Origin: Candidatus Thorarchaeota archaeon
GTDB taxonomy: Archaea > Asgardarchaeota > Thorarchaeia > Thorarchaeales > Thorarchaeaceae
Length of the DNA stretch: 64,000 nucleotides
NCBI GenBank assembly: GCA_048882485.1
Contig: JBHLRP010000013.1
Coordinates: 1 to 64,000, forward strand
Direction: 5' to 3'
The first letter of the stretch is position 1, and the number at the start of each line of letters is the position of its first letter. Positions 39,259 to 49,317 of this stretch are shown piece after piece. Below the pieces are notes generated by a model. It saw only the letters and a program-made list of their open reading frames with translations, was not told the DNA's origin and ran no database searches. A program made the position numbers and the translations under genes.

Positions 39259-39831
39259 TTAGTAGGTGAAGCCGAGAGGGCCCGGGGGAGTAGTGATTAG
39301 TGCTTCTCCATTGTCCCAGACAACATGGATTCTAGCATACAGATCGATGCCCTCCTCTAGGTCAGGCGAGTAGATTGTTTCACGGTCGTTAGTGAACTGA
39401 ATGAGTTGCGAGCTATTTGAGGACACAGTGAACTCATCGAAGCAACAGGTAAGGCCTGGCTGAATCTTGAATGTGTGTAGGACGTTTCTGCTGCCGCCAA
39501 AATAGACTGTGACTGCGCGGACATTCAGCCCAAACACAGTTGTATTGGCGTGATTAGTCGCATTTAGACGAATTACTAGATAGAATGGAGGCCCCTCAGG
39601 AGGAATTTCAGGCATGAAATCTTGCCAAAAGTATGCAGTAGCAGTTAGCTCGAAGTCATCCACAATCACAGGTTCGACACCCTGTGAAGGGGGTTCGTCT
39701 GGAGGGGCTACGGGAAGAGTGAAGTTAGAGAGAATGACAATGCTGCCCGCAACAAGCACCACTAGTACTACGATAAATGCGTACACAACGCGCGACAGTT
39801 TCATCATCATCTCAAGTAAAGACGGTTTCAA
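39259..39831 (-). CDS. Membrane-anchored extracellular hypothetical protein
   Basis: N-terminal TM, WQDFMP motif, beta-rich. Confidence 0.7.
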   Translation of the reverse strand: MKPSLLEMMMKLSRVVYAFIVVLVVLVAGSIVILSNFTLPVAPPDEPPSQGVEPVIVDDFELTATAYFWQDFMPEIPPEGPPFYLVIRLNATNHANTTVFGLNVRAVTVYFGGSRNVLHTFKIQPGLTCCFDEFTVSSNSSQLIQFTNDRETIYSPDLEEGIDLYARIHVVWDNGEALITTPPGPLGFTY

Positions 39832-39924
39832 AAGGTATTGACCTTTCCGAAATGGCAGTCAATTACAGTATCATATTGAAACCGAAAGACCCCTCTCTTA
39901 TGGGATTGATTGGTTTCCACGCAC

Positions 39925-40293
39925 CTACATCTTTGTGCTGCGCCACTGAGTAAGAAGGTCTTCAGAATTGACCTTGAAATAGGGATGGCCGACATCAGAA
40001 ACTCCTAGATCACACTTTCCATTTTCGATGCCGGATAGCTCAAAAAAGGCAACACCATCCTTCTCAGTCGACTCATTCACTGTGAATAGGTCACCTGATG
40101 GAAGTCGAACCATGAGATTTACTTCAGCCATATCAATTGGTCTCTTGAGCCTGTCAACAATACGGACAGCAACTCGAATTCTGCTTGATGAAGGAGAATA
40201 GAGCTTTAGTAGATCAACTGACTCGACGTACATGGTGTCTTTAAATGGCGCACTTCCAGACTCCGCGGCAGCATCACGCTTTTGATTGCTCAT
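39925..40293 (-). CDS. Ig-like/prealbumin-fold hypothetical protein
   Basis: VRIVD..PI..AEV...TEKDGVAFF. Confidence 0.55.
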   Translation of the reverse strand: MSNQKRDAAAESGSAPFKDTMYVESVDLLKLYSPSSSRIRVAVRIVDRLKRPIDMAEVNLMVRLPSGDLFTVNESTEKDGVAFFELSGIENGKCDLGVSDVGHPYFKVNSEDLLTQWRSTKM

Positions 40294-40392
40294 CCCAATT
40301 CTGCCTCAGCGGAGAAACCTCTCCAACTTGAAACCTTGATGAGTTATAATATAACCTTTGTTTAGTTTTCTACCATAGTTTGGTGGTTTTTA

Positions 40393-41850
40393 CTAGATTC
40401 GCCTCTTTCTCATTAGAATAGATGCAATAATAGCGATTGCCGCCGCACTAAATATGAGGAGGATAATAGCACCTTCTAGGGGCTGAGGCAAAAGCGGTGG
40501 GGTTGATGTCGATTCTGTAGTAGACGAGCTTCTTTCGGTCGAGGTTGTGCTTGAGGGTATTGTTGGAGAAGTGGTCGAAGATTGATTTGTTGCAGTCGTC
40601 GTTGTGGGAGTAGCGGTAGTGGTTGTAGTTGGTTCAAATATACTGGTGTTCAATGTACTACCAGAGAAATAGGTGTCCATAATCACAAAGATGCCAGTAT
40701 TATCGATATCATAGCTGGCGGGAAATGCGCTCAGGGCACTACCATACATGAATAGAGGTACCGGAGTTGCAGTATGGCCAGTAGTAGTCCAAGTCGTCGT
40801 AATGTTATTGGCTCGTTCTACTCTGAGGTTCCTGTTGTCAGATTCTGAATTTGAATCAGAAGGCAGCTCTTGACTCAAAGTATTGCTGATGACAGTGAGA
40901 CCCCCAGTTTCATGATCAGCTGTAACAAGGAGAATTGAATTGCTATGAGCCTGTACATATTGGAGCGAGATGTTCACGGCCTTGTCAAAAGCGATGGCTT
41001 CCAAAGCAGTGCCAATTTTGTCATTATCATGACTGGCCCAATCAATCTGTCCTCCTTCAATCATCAGAAAGAACCCATCAGGGTCTTGCGATAGTATCTC
41101 AATGGACCTGTTTGTCATCTCTTCTAGAGATGGAACCAAAGTAAGATTTCTTGATAGCTCATCTGGATAATAGCTATCATTGAACATGCCCAAAATCTTC
41201 CCTGAAGATATTGCCGCTAGTTCGGTTCGGTTTTGAACGATAGTGTATCCTTTGGACTGCATTGTGGTCAGCTGTTCAGCAGTAAATCCGGAGAATCCAC
41301 CACTTAGTATGACATCAACATCGTTCTCATCCACAAGCTGCTGAGTTATCACACTATAGCTACTTCGACTTGCAACATTTGCATAGAAGGCTGCTGGAGT
41401 GGCATGTGAGTAGCTTGTCGAAGAAACAAGACCTGTTGACTTTCCAAGAGATTCTGCTGTGTCAAGAATAGTATTCAGGTCTGTTCCAACTGGTGTCTGA
41501 CCCAGCATTCCATTATTTGTCTTGACTCCAGTTGCTATGGCCGTGGCAGCAGCGGCAGAATCAGTTATTGCAGAATCCGCGCTATGAGTAGTGACTGACC
41601 AATTGAAAGGAAGTGTATCCATTGTCAAATTCCCGGTGGGTCCAACCTCGACCCATCGTCCGAGCTTCGCCTGTTCTAGACCCATGCCATCACCTATCAT
41701 GAGGATGATGCTGAGCCCATCTGATTCAGACGCAGTCCAGTGGCTATTTGATGAAACAAATGTTGGAGGAGCAAACATCACTAACAAAGATAGTAACACT
41801 AGAACTATCGATATTGAAGATCGATTGGCGGCGCTTGAACGTGTCATCAT
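40393..41850 (-). CDS. phoA: Membrane-anchored alkaline phosphatase with Ser/Thr-rich linker
   Basis: IGDGMG, TDSAAAATA, HATPA, EGGQIDWASH, TADHETGG, GHT. Confidence 0.93.
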   Translation of the reverse strand: MMTRSSAANRSSISIVLVLLSLLVMFAPPTFVSSNSHWTASESDGLSIILMIGDGMGLEQAKLGRWVEVGPTGNLTMDTLPFNWSVTTHSADSAITDSAAAATAIATGVKTNNGMLGQTPVGTDLNTILDTAESLGKSTGLVSSTSYSHATPAAFYANVASRSSYSVITQQLVDENDVDVILSGGFSGFTAEQLTTMQSKGYTIVQNRTELAAISSGKILGMFNDSYYPDELSRNLTLVPSLEEMTNRSIEILSQDPDGFFLMIEGGQIDWASHDNDKIGTALEAIAFDKAVNISLQYVQAHSNSILLVTADHETGGLTVISNTLSQELPSDSNSESDNRNLRVERANNITTTWTTTGHTATPVPLFMYGSALSAFPASYDIDNTGIFVIMDTYFSGSTLNTSIFEPTTTTTATPTTTTATNQSSTTSPTIPSSTTSTERSSSTTESTSTPPLLPQPLEGAIILLIFSAAAIAIIASILMRKRRI

Positions 41851-42013
41851 CGTAAATCAGATTTAATGAAATACGTATTAACTTTCCTTGTTTTGAACAA
41901 TAGTTAAGCACTTATGGGATGAGATGAGATCATCAATGAGGCGCTGCTTTTGTGCAAGCATGGTTGTTGTTGCTTTATGGCATGTATCCGATGTCTAGTC
42001 ATGAACAGTGACG

Positions 42014-42715
42014 TCATTCTTTGCTCTTCACTGCAAGATGAATTGCTGCCAATCCTAATGTCATTCGCTGGGATGCTACTCTGGAGAAGCCTGCATCACG
42101 AAGAATTTCTTCAAGCTCCTCTGCTGGATAGAATCGAGGTACTGTGTAGGAGAGATATGCATAGCCTGTCTTTGATCCAGATATAAGACTCCCAATTGAT
42201 TTGACTGTGAGTCTAACATATAGATGGAATAGCCAGCGTATCAGGCGAGAACGAGGCTGGCTCGTTTCCAGGTTGAGAAAACGTCCGCCTGGTCGCAAAA
42301 CACGCTTGAACTCCCGGAAATATTCTAAGAGTGACTCCGTATTCTTGTTGATATTCCGTGTAGCAAAGGAGATTGTCACCAAATCAAAGGAATTGTCGGG
42401 ATATGGGAGCTGTTTGACATCAGCTAGTGTCATTTCAATTCTCGACGCTTCATGCTTGCGTGCAGCTAGACGAGTCATTGGAAGTGAGAAGTCTGCTGTA
42501 ATGACATCAGCAATGCCTTTCGATGCTCTCTGAAGGTATGTCGCTGTTTCACCTGTGCCACTACAGACATCAAGCCATCTGGAGCCACCGCCGTTGACAG
42601 CAATACGAGCGGCCTTTCGACGCCATAGCACATCGAGGCCGAACGTCAGGATGTGGTTGATGAGCTCATAGCTATGAAATACTTCGGAAAAGATGCGTTG
42701 GACTCCCTTGCTCAT
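42014..42715 (-). CDS. ubiE: UbiE/MenG-family C-methyltransferase
   Basis: INHILTFGLDVLWRR, LDVCSGTG, YAYL..TVPRF. Confidence 0.8.
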   Translation of the reverse strand: MSKGVQRIFSEVFHSYELINHILTFGLDVLWRRKAARIAVNGGGSRWLDVCSGTGETATYLQRASKGIADVITADFSLPMTRLAARKHEASRIEMTLADVKQLPYPDNSFDLVTISFATRNINKNTESLLEYFREFKRVLRPGGRFLNLETSQPRSRLIRWLFHLYVRLTVKSIGSLISGSKTGYAYLSYTVPRFYPAEELEEILRDAGFSRVASQRMTLGLAAIHLAVKSKE

Positions 42716-42844
42716 TTCAGTTCTGCAACTCAGTTGTGATGGTGGGATTGTGAAACATGTACTCTAGATGAACCTACTGATAGAACGAAACATAGAGTTT
42801 CAAATCACGTGATATGCCTAAAGCCTCAATCTTCAACGCGGCTG

Positions 42845-43213
42845 TCAACACTTACTGCAATCACCGGTCTTCATCACAATGACTTTTGCGTCTTCAGCTA
42901 TGTCTCCAAATACCTGATTGAAATAGCGTGCGGCTTCGATATAGCCTGCTACGCCAGCCTCCGTCAAGCTATAGACTCTCTGACGCCCTTCCTTTTCGCT
43001 CTTGACAGTACCCCTATCCTCTAGATCCTTGAGAGCTGGATAGATAGTGCCTGGCGTAGGCTTGGTTCCTCGCCGCATAGCAATCTGTTCTGCAATCTGT
43101 TGCCCATTCATTGGACCGTTTCGAAGCTCCCACAGAATCTGGAATGTGAGCATACCTCGCATATCACAGCAGTCGGGAGGGCAACATTGCTCATTTTCAC
43201 TATCGTCTGTCAC
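42845..43213 (-). CDS. PadR-family regulator with N-terminal CCPPDCC and C-terminal CxxC
   Basis: GPMNGQQIA..PGTIYPALKDLE..RVYSLTEAG; GTG start at 43213 (longer ORF runs through the promoter). Confidence 0.85.
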   Translation of the reverse strand: MTDDSENEQCCPPDCCDMRGMLTFQILWELRNGPMNGQQIAEQIAMRRGTKPTPGTIYPALKDLEDRGTVKSEKEGRQRVYSLTEAGVAGYIEAARYFNQVFGDIAEDAKVIVMKTGDCSKC

Positions 43214-43219
43214 GTATAA

Positions 43220-43291
43220 TATTGGGCGTCCGATAAATTTAAATGTATATGTAGGACGCCCGATATATGGTGGTGTATTGGACACCCAATA
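43220..43291. promoter_or_regulatory. Three palindromic operator boxes TATTGG-N4-CC(A/G)ATA
   Basis: 43220-43235 TATTGGGCGTCCGATA; 43250-43265 TGTAGGACGCCCGATA; 43276-43291 TATTGGACACCCAATA. Confidence 0.8.
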
Positions 43292-43331
43292 AAAGGTGAA
43301 AATCTTGACAGAGATGAAGAAAGTCAGTGAA

Positions 43332-44105
43332 ATGTCATCGGAAGAGATCAAAGATGCCGTAAAGGATACCTATTCCAGAGTCGCTCAACCTGCCGATGGA
43401 AGCTGTTGTGGTCCATCTGAAACAGAACAGGCAGCGTCTGACTGTGGAACGTCCGGGTGTGGTCCTTCTGGCAATGTTCGAACATCCTATGCAGAGTCCC
43501 TTGGCTATTCAGTGAAAGACATGCCAGAGTCGGCGACCGAGTCATTTGCAGGATGTGGCAATCCTGTAGCCATTGCTAGCCTCAAGGAAGGAGAAGTAGT
43601 CTTAGACTTGGGGAGTGGAGCCGGACTAGACATGTTTCATGCGGCAAGGAAGGTTGGCGACACCGGTCGAGTGATAGGTGTCGATATGACTCCAGCAATG
43701 ATTGAGAGAGCGAAGCATGGAGCAGAGCAGCTTGGGCTTGAGAATGTCGAGTTCAGATTGGGCGACATAGAAGACATGCCAGTAGAGGACAGCTCTATAG
43801 ATGTCATCATCAGCAATTGCGTCATCAACCTCGCACCAGACAAAGGCCAAGTGTTCCGAGAAGCGTACAGAGTCCTTCGACCAGGCGGAAGAGTCATGGT
43901 TTCGGACATAGTTCTTGAAGCCAATTTGCCGGAAAAGGTACGTGACGAGATAGCCAACTATACAGGTTGTCTTGGAGGCGCCATTCTCGAGGAAGAGTAT
44001 CTCCAGCATATACGCGATGCAGGATTCGAGGGAGTAGAAGTCGTCAGCAAGACTGGTTTCGGTCAGGCATCTAGTGCAAAGATTGCGGCATACAAACCCA
44101 AGTAA
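43332..44105 (+). CDS. arsM: Arsenite S-adenosylmethionine methyltransferase
   Basis: SCCG, GCGNP, LDLGSGAG, ISNCVINL, TGCLGGA. Confidence 0.92.
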   Translation: MSSEEIKDAVKDTYSRVAQPADGSCCGPSETEQAASDCGTSGCGPSGNVRTSYAESLGYSVKDMPESATESFAGCGNPVAIASLKEGEVVLDLGSGAGLDMFHAARKVGDTGRVIGVDMTPAMIERAKHGAEQLGLENVEFRLGDIEDMPVEDSSIDVIISNCVINLAPDKGQVFREAYRVLRPGGRVMVSDIVLEANLPEKVRDEIANYTGCLGGAILEEEYLQHIRDAGFEGVEVVSKTGFGQASSAKIAAYKPK

Positions 44106-44374
44106 GAGGGGCAAAAGCATGAGCTGTGATGAATTCGCTCTAGGCAACGATTGCTGTGCAGATTTCGATTCAAACCGTTCAAGATCCAATATAGCAAATC
44201 GCAAGGCAAGAGAGTCGCCTTCTAGGCATTGTGACGACTTTGACCTGTTAGAGGACAGGCCTTGGGTCATCTAGAATATAGCATGCATAGGTAGGCTGCT
44301 CCCTGCAATAGCTACTCGTTTCTTTGGAAAGCGCTGCAGAGCCGCGTTCCATTTTGAGGAATTGAGTACGATTG

Positions 44375-45589
44375 TTACCTTGAGCTGACAAACTCTACAG
44401 CATTGTCATCACAGATTACAGCACACAGCCCACAGCCATCGCATTTCTTTGGATTAACAACTGCCTTGCCCTCGCGCATCTGAATTGCCAGATATCCGCC
44501 GTCTGCACAGGCAATAACGCATTTCTTGCATCCAGTGCATTTGTCCGAAATCACAAACGCTGTAACGGGTGAAAGCTTGCTAAGGGCCTCCCACGTAGTT
44601 ATTTTGGGCAGGGCTTTGCCAACAATCTCATCGATACTGGCATAACTCTTACGTTCCATGAAGGAATCTAAACCCTCAATCATGTCCTTGATGATACCAA
44701 ATCCGTACCACATAGCCGCTGTGCACACCTGTAGTGTCTTTGCACCTGCCATAAGATACTCAGTTGCACTTCTCCAGTCTTCAATTCCTCCGATTCCAGA
44801 GATTGGAGTTTCAGGCAAGGCACGAGCAATCTGCGAAACGAATCGAAGACCTATCGGCTTCACAGCAGGTCCACAAAAGCCTCCATATGTAGAGAGTTGC
44901 TCCTTAAGATTCGGCCCATAGGCAATCGGCATTGGTGTTTGAGTTTCAACATCTATTCCTATGAGTGACTCTACAGTGTTGATAGCAGAAAGTCCGTCAG
45001 CGCCACCCCTGACAGCAGCCTCAGCAATCGGGACCATATCTGTGACATTGGGAGTGAGTTTAACAAGTATAGGAAGGTCTGTTCCTTTCCGTGCTCCCTT
45101 GGTCACTGCCTCGACCAGTTCCGGATTCTGGCCAATGAAGGCACCCATATGCTTCTCAGGAGAACCGTGTGGACAGGAAACATTCAGCTCTATTGCATCA
45201 ACTCCCGTCTGGGTCATCGTTTCAGCGAGCTTCGTCCATCCATCAGGATTGGGGCTGCTCATAATGCTTGCAACAAGCACGAAGTCCTCCGGAGCCTCTC
45301 GCTTGAGTTGTGGAATCCACTCATCAGTCCATGTTGACAGAGGCTTTCGGGATAGGAGTTCTATGTTGTTCATTCCAATTGGTGATCCATCTCTTCTTAG
45401 CACCCCTAGCCTTGTGCGCGGGTCTACTGTTGGCTCCTCTGTCACAGTCTTGAAGACTGCTCCTCCCCAGCCGAGTCTTGCCGCTCTAAGCATATGCCGC
45501 ACATCCATTGTCGGCGGAGCGGATGAGAGCATGAAAGGATTCTTGAAACTGATTCCAGCAAATTGAACGGCGAGCCTTTCCTTGGACAT
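44375..45589 (-). CDS. preA: Dihydropyrimidine dehydrogenase PreA/PydA subunit
   Basis: SSAPPT, NNIELLS, ELNVSCPHG, KLTPN, C-terminal two Fe-S motifs. Confidence 0.92.
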   Translation of the reverse strand: MSKERLAVQFAGISFKNPFMLSSAPPTMDVRHMLRAARLGWGGAVFKTVTEEPTVDPRTRLGVLRRDGSPIGMNNIELLSRKPLSTWTDEWIPQLKREAPEDFVLVASIMSSPNPDGWTKLAETMTQTGVDAIELNVSCPHGSPEKHMGAFIGQNPELVEAVTKGARKGTDLPILVKLTPNVTDMVPIAEAAVRGGADGLSAINTVESLIGIDVETQTPMPIAYGPNLKEQLSTYGGFCGPAVKPIGLRFVSQIARALPETPISGIGGIEDWRSATEYLMAGAKTLQVCTAAMWYGFGIIKDMIEGLDSFMERKSYASIDEIVGKALPKITTWEALSKLSPVTAFVISDKCTGCKKCVIACADGGYLAIQMREGKAVVNPKKCDGCGLCAVICDDNAVEFVSSR

Positions 45590-45625
45590 TTCTCTACAAA
45601 CCTCCAACAATAAGGCAATGCACGG

Positions 45626-45669
45626 TTCGCCCCTAAAGTCTTTGTTTGATGGCTAAACCCATGCAAATG
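45626..45669 (+). repeat. Left copy of 44-bp inverted repeat
   Basis: TTCGCCCCTAAAGTCTTTGT-TTGATGG-CTAAACCCATGCAAATG; 36/44 identical to the reverse complement of 55564-55607, inner 17 bp perfect. Confidence 0.9.
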
Positions 45670-45718
45670 GCACTCTGGTTAAATATGGAACTGGCACGAC
45701 ACAGACGGGTCACAAAGT

Positions 45719-46115
45719 ATGACAATCGAGGGAGAAAGACTGCATAGAATGGTAATGCGCCATCCGCTCTTTGAGGGCTTCGCTGACTGGCTCAGACTGC
45801 ATTCTGATGCACCTATCAGAGATGAAACGGTCTATAGCTACATCCGAGGGCTGGACCTTATGCAGAGGAGGAATGGGCTTGACCTAGACAATCCCAACCT
45901 CGAACAAGTGCTCAAGAATATCAATGGTGCCAGTGCTGTGACACAGACCTTCAGACGGTTCCTCATCAAGAGATGGTTTCAATACCGTGAATCCCACCTG
46001 ACGGGGAAACTCGGGGCCTCCTGAAGGCAAGACGAGGGCCATTGAAGAGGAAGATCCATCCCAAGGACCTCCTCACGGTCAAGGACCTCGAGGACATTAT
46101 TGCCAGAGTCTGCAA
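45719..46115 (+). pseudogene. Tyrosine recombinase remnant (core-binding domain; frameshifted; catalytic domain missing)
   Basis: FEGFADWL..RDETVYSYIRGL; a frame change near 45990 continues ...LKRKIHPKDLLTVKDLEDIIAR, resembling the linker into the catalytic domain, then degenerates. Confidence 0.6.
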
Positions 46116-46310
46116 GAAAGGTGCAGTTTCTTGTCGGGCTTCTACTGGTCATTATTGGCACATCTCTAGTTTTACCATATTTTGGAATCCATATCCTCTT
46201 CTAGAAGCGGTGCTAAGTGACTAAATATTCGATTCTCAAACACAACACTCGTACCCCTTCCACTCTACCGCATCTTTGAGAAAGTGTCATTGAGTATTGT
46301 CTGTGGGTGC

Positions 46311-46568
46311 CTACACGCCGCCTTCCTTTAACATGCCCTCGACCTCATCTCTGCTAGGGAGCCTGCCAGTCACTCTAACCTTGCCATCAATGACAAGTGC
46401 AGGAGTCAGCATCACGCCGTATTCAACAATCTTATTGATATCTGACACCTTTATGATCTCAGCATTTAGGTTTAGATCGTCCACAATCTCTTTGACCATC
46501 TCCTCTAATGTCTGGCACTTTGTGCAGCCCATTCCTAAAATCTCCACTATCATGGTTCCTGTACTCAT
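46311..46568 (-). CDS. Small thioredoxin-like protein (MTH895 type)
   Basis: ILGMGCTKC...YGVMLTPALVIDG. Confidence 0.9.
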   Translation of the reverse strand: MSTGTMIVEILGMGCTKCQTLEEMVKEIVDDLNLNAEIIKVSDINKIVEYGVMLTPALVIDGKVRVTGRLPSRDEVEGMLKEGGV

Positions 46569-46672
46569 TTATTCCACCCAATCAGCCGCGAAATAATCGA
46601 ATTATATAAATATATCACTAATTCCATTTCCCCTCTACAAGATCCTGTTGAACGTGAAGAAAGGCGAGAGGT

Positions 46673-47290
46673 ATGAAGAAATACACTGCTGATGGTTTCA
46701 CATTCACTATTACCGAGGTGAAGCCATGTCTAGCTGACGAGCAACGAATTCGAATAATCGCTAATTTCGAGGCTGATCTGACTCCGATACTGGAGGTTCT
46801 ATTCCTCCACTTGCGAAATGCCAATTACTCGAGGAGTCTTTCCTGTGTCACCACAAAGCGTGCTGGGCACTCAACAACAGTATTTGGGAGCGGGAAGGTA
46901 GCCATGACATTCCTCAAAGATGAGGCTGAAGCGCTGAATCAACTGATGACTCTCGCAAAGACACTCACTAGAGCTTTTGCCTATCTGGATGCCAATGGTC
47001 CTCCGGATTCGGATGTTGTGCACGCAAAGGAGAACATCAATACACTCCAGATACACAAACTTCTTCCTCAGACTGACTGTGGTGACTGTGGAAAATCGGG
47101 CTGTTTCGCCTTTGCCACTCTGCTTATGAATGGTGAAAGGGATATTGCTGACTGTGAGCTCCTCGAGTGTGCAGAGTATTCAGACAAGCGGAATGCTCTA
47201 GTCAAGGTGATTCAGCCAATTAATCTGGATATGAGAAGAGATGATCGATCTGACCTTGCAGAATTTCTAGGGCTAAAGAGTTGGGGATGA
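46673..47290 (+). CDS. Fe-S-binding protein (C-terminal FeS domain)
   Basis: KPCLAD N-terminal Cys; LPQTDCGDCGKSGCFAFA...CELL. Confidence 0.8.
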   Translation: MKKYTADGFTFTITEVKPCLADEQRIRIIANFEADLTPILEVLFLHLRNANYSRSLSCVTTKRAGHSTTVFGSGKVAMTFLKDEAEALNQLMTLAKTLTRAFAYLDANGPPDSDVVHAKENINTLQIHKLLPQTDCGDCGKSGCFAFATLLMNGERDIADCELLECAEYSDKRNALVKVIQPINLDMRRDDRSDLAEFLGLKSWG

Positions 47291-47367
47291 CTGGCCGACA
47301 ATGACGAAACCTTGCAGTTTCGATTCAGCCAAGACCCACCACTATGAACCTCTCAGAACAGTTAAAT

Positions 47368-47383
47368 ATCGCGATTATCCGAT
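47368..47383. promoter_or_regulatory. Candidate ArsR box ATCG-N8-CGAT upstream of acr3
   Basis: ATCGCGATTATCCGAT just downstream of TTAAATA; same pattern at 48597-48612. Confidence 0.65.
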
Positions 47384-47415
47384 AAATCGAGAGCCTACTT
47401 ACGAGATGAAACATA

Positions 47416-48525
47416 ATGGGTGAATCTGAAACCAGTACTAAATCTGTGGTGGGCAGTCCAATAACAGGCCTGTCTACGCTCGATAAATTCCTACCACTTT
47501 GGATCATCTTGGCTATGGCTTTTGGTATCTTACTCGGCTATCTAGTCCCCGGACTTGCTGAGGCATTGGACTACTGGAGCATTGGAACTGTATCCATTCC
47601 CATAGCAATTGGTCTGTTGTGGATGATGTATCCTGTTTTGGCCAAGGTCAAGTACGAGGAACTGGGAAAGCTGAAGGGCGAGAAGAAGATGTTTGGTGTT
47701 TCCTTGACCCTGAACTGGTTGATTGGCCCATTTCTGATGTTTGCCCTGGCCTGGATATTTCTGGCTGATTTTCCGGACTACCGAACTGGCATAATACTTG
47801 TGGGTCTGGCACGGTGTATCGCGATGGTGTTGATCTGGAACATGATGGCAGGAGGATGCAGCGAGTCATGCGCAGTTCTTGTTGCACTGAACTCGGTCTT
47901 CCAGATAATCATGTATAGTCCTGAGGCGTGGTTTTTTGTCACCTATCTCTCTTCCATAGTGTCGCCAGGTGCTGGTTCTGTTGTAGAGGTTTCGATTCTC
48001 GAGATTGCCTGGAGCGTCATAATCTTTCTTGGAATTCCACTTGCAGCCGGTATCATCACACGATTCAGCCTGATGAGGCGCCGCTCAAAAGAGTGGTACG
48101 ACAAAGAGCTTGCACCAAAGCTCGGACCCTACGCACTCATTGGCCTCCTCTTTACGATTGTAGTCATGTTCTCACTGAAGGGTGACACAATCATTGCCCT
48201 CCCGCTCGATGTACTTAGAATCTCCCTCCCACTTCTTGCCTATTTTGTCCTCATGTTCTTGGTGTCTTTTGGAATTTCACTTGCCATGAAGTTCCCCTAC
48301 GACAAGAATGCCACGATATCATTCACAGCAGCGAGTAACAACTTCGAACTGGCAATAGCTGTGGCGATTGGAGTGTTTGGGATTGGGTCAGGACAGGCAC
48401 TGGCAGCTGTTGTTGGCCCCCTCATTGAGGTGCCGGTCCTAGTTGGGCTCGTCTATGTTTCTCTCTGGTTAAGACGCAGATTCTACGGGTGGAAACCAAG
48501 AATCGCAGACCAAGGCGAGCAATGA
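47416..48525 (+). CDS. acr3: Acr3 arsenite efflux transporter
   Basis: LDKFLPLWI, MMYP, GLARCIAMV, SNNFELAIA, GPLIEVP. Confidence 0.96.
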   Translation: MGESETSTKSVVGSPITGLSTLDKFLPLWIILAMAFGILLGYLVPGLAEALDYWSIGTVSIPIAIGLLWMMYPVLAKVKYEELGKLKGEKKMFGVSLTLNWLIGPFLMFALAWIFLADFPDYRTGIILVGLARCIAMVLIWNMMAGGCSESCAVLVALNSVFQIIMYSPEAWFFVTYLSSIVSPGAGSVVEVSILEIAWSVIIFLGIPLAAGIITRFSLMRRRSKEWYDKELAPKLGPYALIGLLFTIVVMFSLKGDTIIALPLDVLRISLPLLAYFVLMFLVSFGISLAMKFPYDKNATISFTAASNNFELAIAVAIGVFGIGSGQALAAVVGPLIEVPVLVGLVYVSLWLRRRFYGWKPRIADQGEQ

Positions 48526-48596
48526 ACGGTGGTCACAGCATTGCAATGCTCCCGTCACACCCTTTGAAGGGAACGCCACCATAGAAACACTGATAT

Positions 48597-48612
48597 ATCG
48601 AAATAAATCGAT
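48597..48612. promoter_or_regulatory. Candidate ArsR box upstream of the lipoyl/DGC operon
   Basis: ATCGAAATAAATCGAT. Confidence 0.65.
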
Positions 48613-48633
48613 TATTTAACGATTACATGTGAG

Positions 48634-49017
48634 TTGGTCACGATGAACTCTCAGAAGCCAGCCTTCATCATGTGTGTATGCACCGGCAAATGCCCTGGTT
48701 TTGAGAAGATGGACATCTGGGACTTCATCAATACAGTCCGAATGGCCCTTCCAGTGCAACATGGTGTCATTCATCCTCAATTGTGTGAAGAAGATGGTGA
48801 CCGCTATTTGGAAGATGTTCTGCAGCCTGGACAGAAAGTCTTCATTGGTGGATGTGCTCCAGCCATGCAATACAAGCTCTTCCGTGATGCCTTTGAGAAG
48901 AAAGGTCTTGATGTGAAGAGCGATCTCGTTCCGATTGACGTTCGCGACATGACTACCGAGGAAGCTGTTGACCGAGTGTCTGAGGAGTTGAAGAAACATG
49001 GATATGACATCGAGTGA
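48634..49017 (+). CDS. Stand-alone HdrA N-terminal-like Cys domain protein
   Basis: MCVCTGKC...HPQLC..DG...IGGCAP..QYKLF resembles the HdrA N-domain pattern CxC..C..ACSP. Confidence 0.6.
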   Translation: MVTMNSQKPAFIMCVCTGKCPGFEKMDIWDFINTVRMALPVQHGVIHPQLCEEDGDRYLEDVLQPGQKVFIGGCAPAMQYKLFRDAFEKKGLDVKSDLVPIDVRDMTTEEAVDRVSEELKKHGYDIE

Positions 49018-49306
49018 GTCAGGTTCAGATGAGACCTTCATGGGTGTTGCACGGGACAAGATTCCCTGGTGGCCAACCATCGACCTCGAAAGATGCGATG
49101 GCTGCAATGGTGAGTACGACTGTCTGAAGTTCTGTCCGCACAGAGTCTACAAGCCAATTGAAACCCCCTCAAGAATTTCAGTTGAGAATCCATACAACTG
49201 CGTGGTCTTCTGTCAGGCATGCAAGAAGATGTGCCCCAAGGATGCCATCTCCTTTCCTTCAAAGGGAGAAATCCTCAAGCTGATCAAAACGGAACGTGCA
49301 AAGTAG
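48998..49306 (+). CDS. 2x[4Fe-4S] ferredoxin
   Basis: CDGC-x5-CLKFCP; CVVFCQACKKMCP. Confidence 0.88.
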   Translation: MDMTSSESGSDETFMGVARDKIPWWPTIDLERCDGCNGEYDCLKFCPHRVYKPIETPSRISVENPYNCVVFCQACKKMCPKDAISFPSKGEILKLIKTERAK

Positions 49307-49317
49307 GGTGATGGTGG

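Noticed and set aside
40495-40640. Tandem DNA repeat
   Set aside because: It encodes the Ser/Thr-rich linker of the alkaline phosphatase
48634-49017. Heterodisulfide reductase / methanogenesis marker
   Set aside because: Only a ~125-aa N-domain-like protein; no FAD domain and no hdrBC
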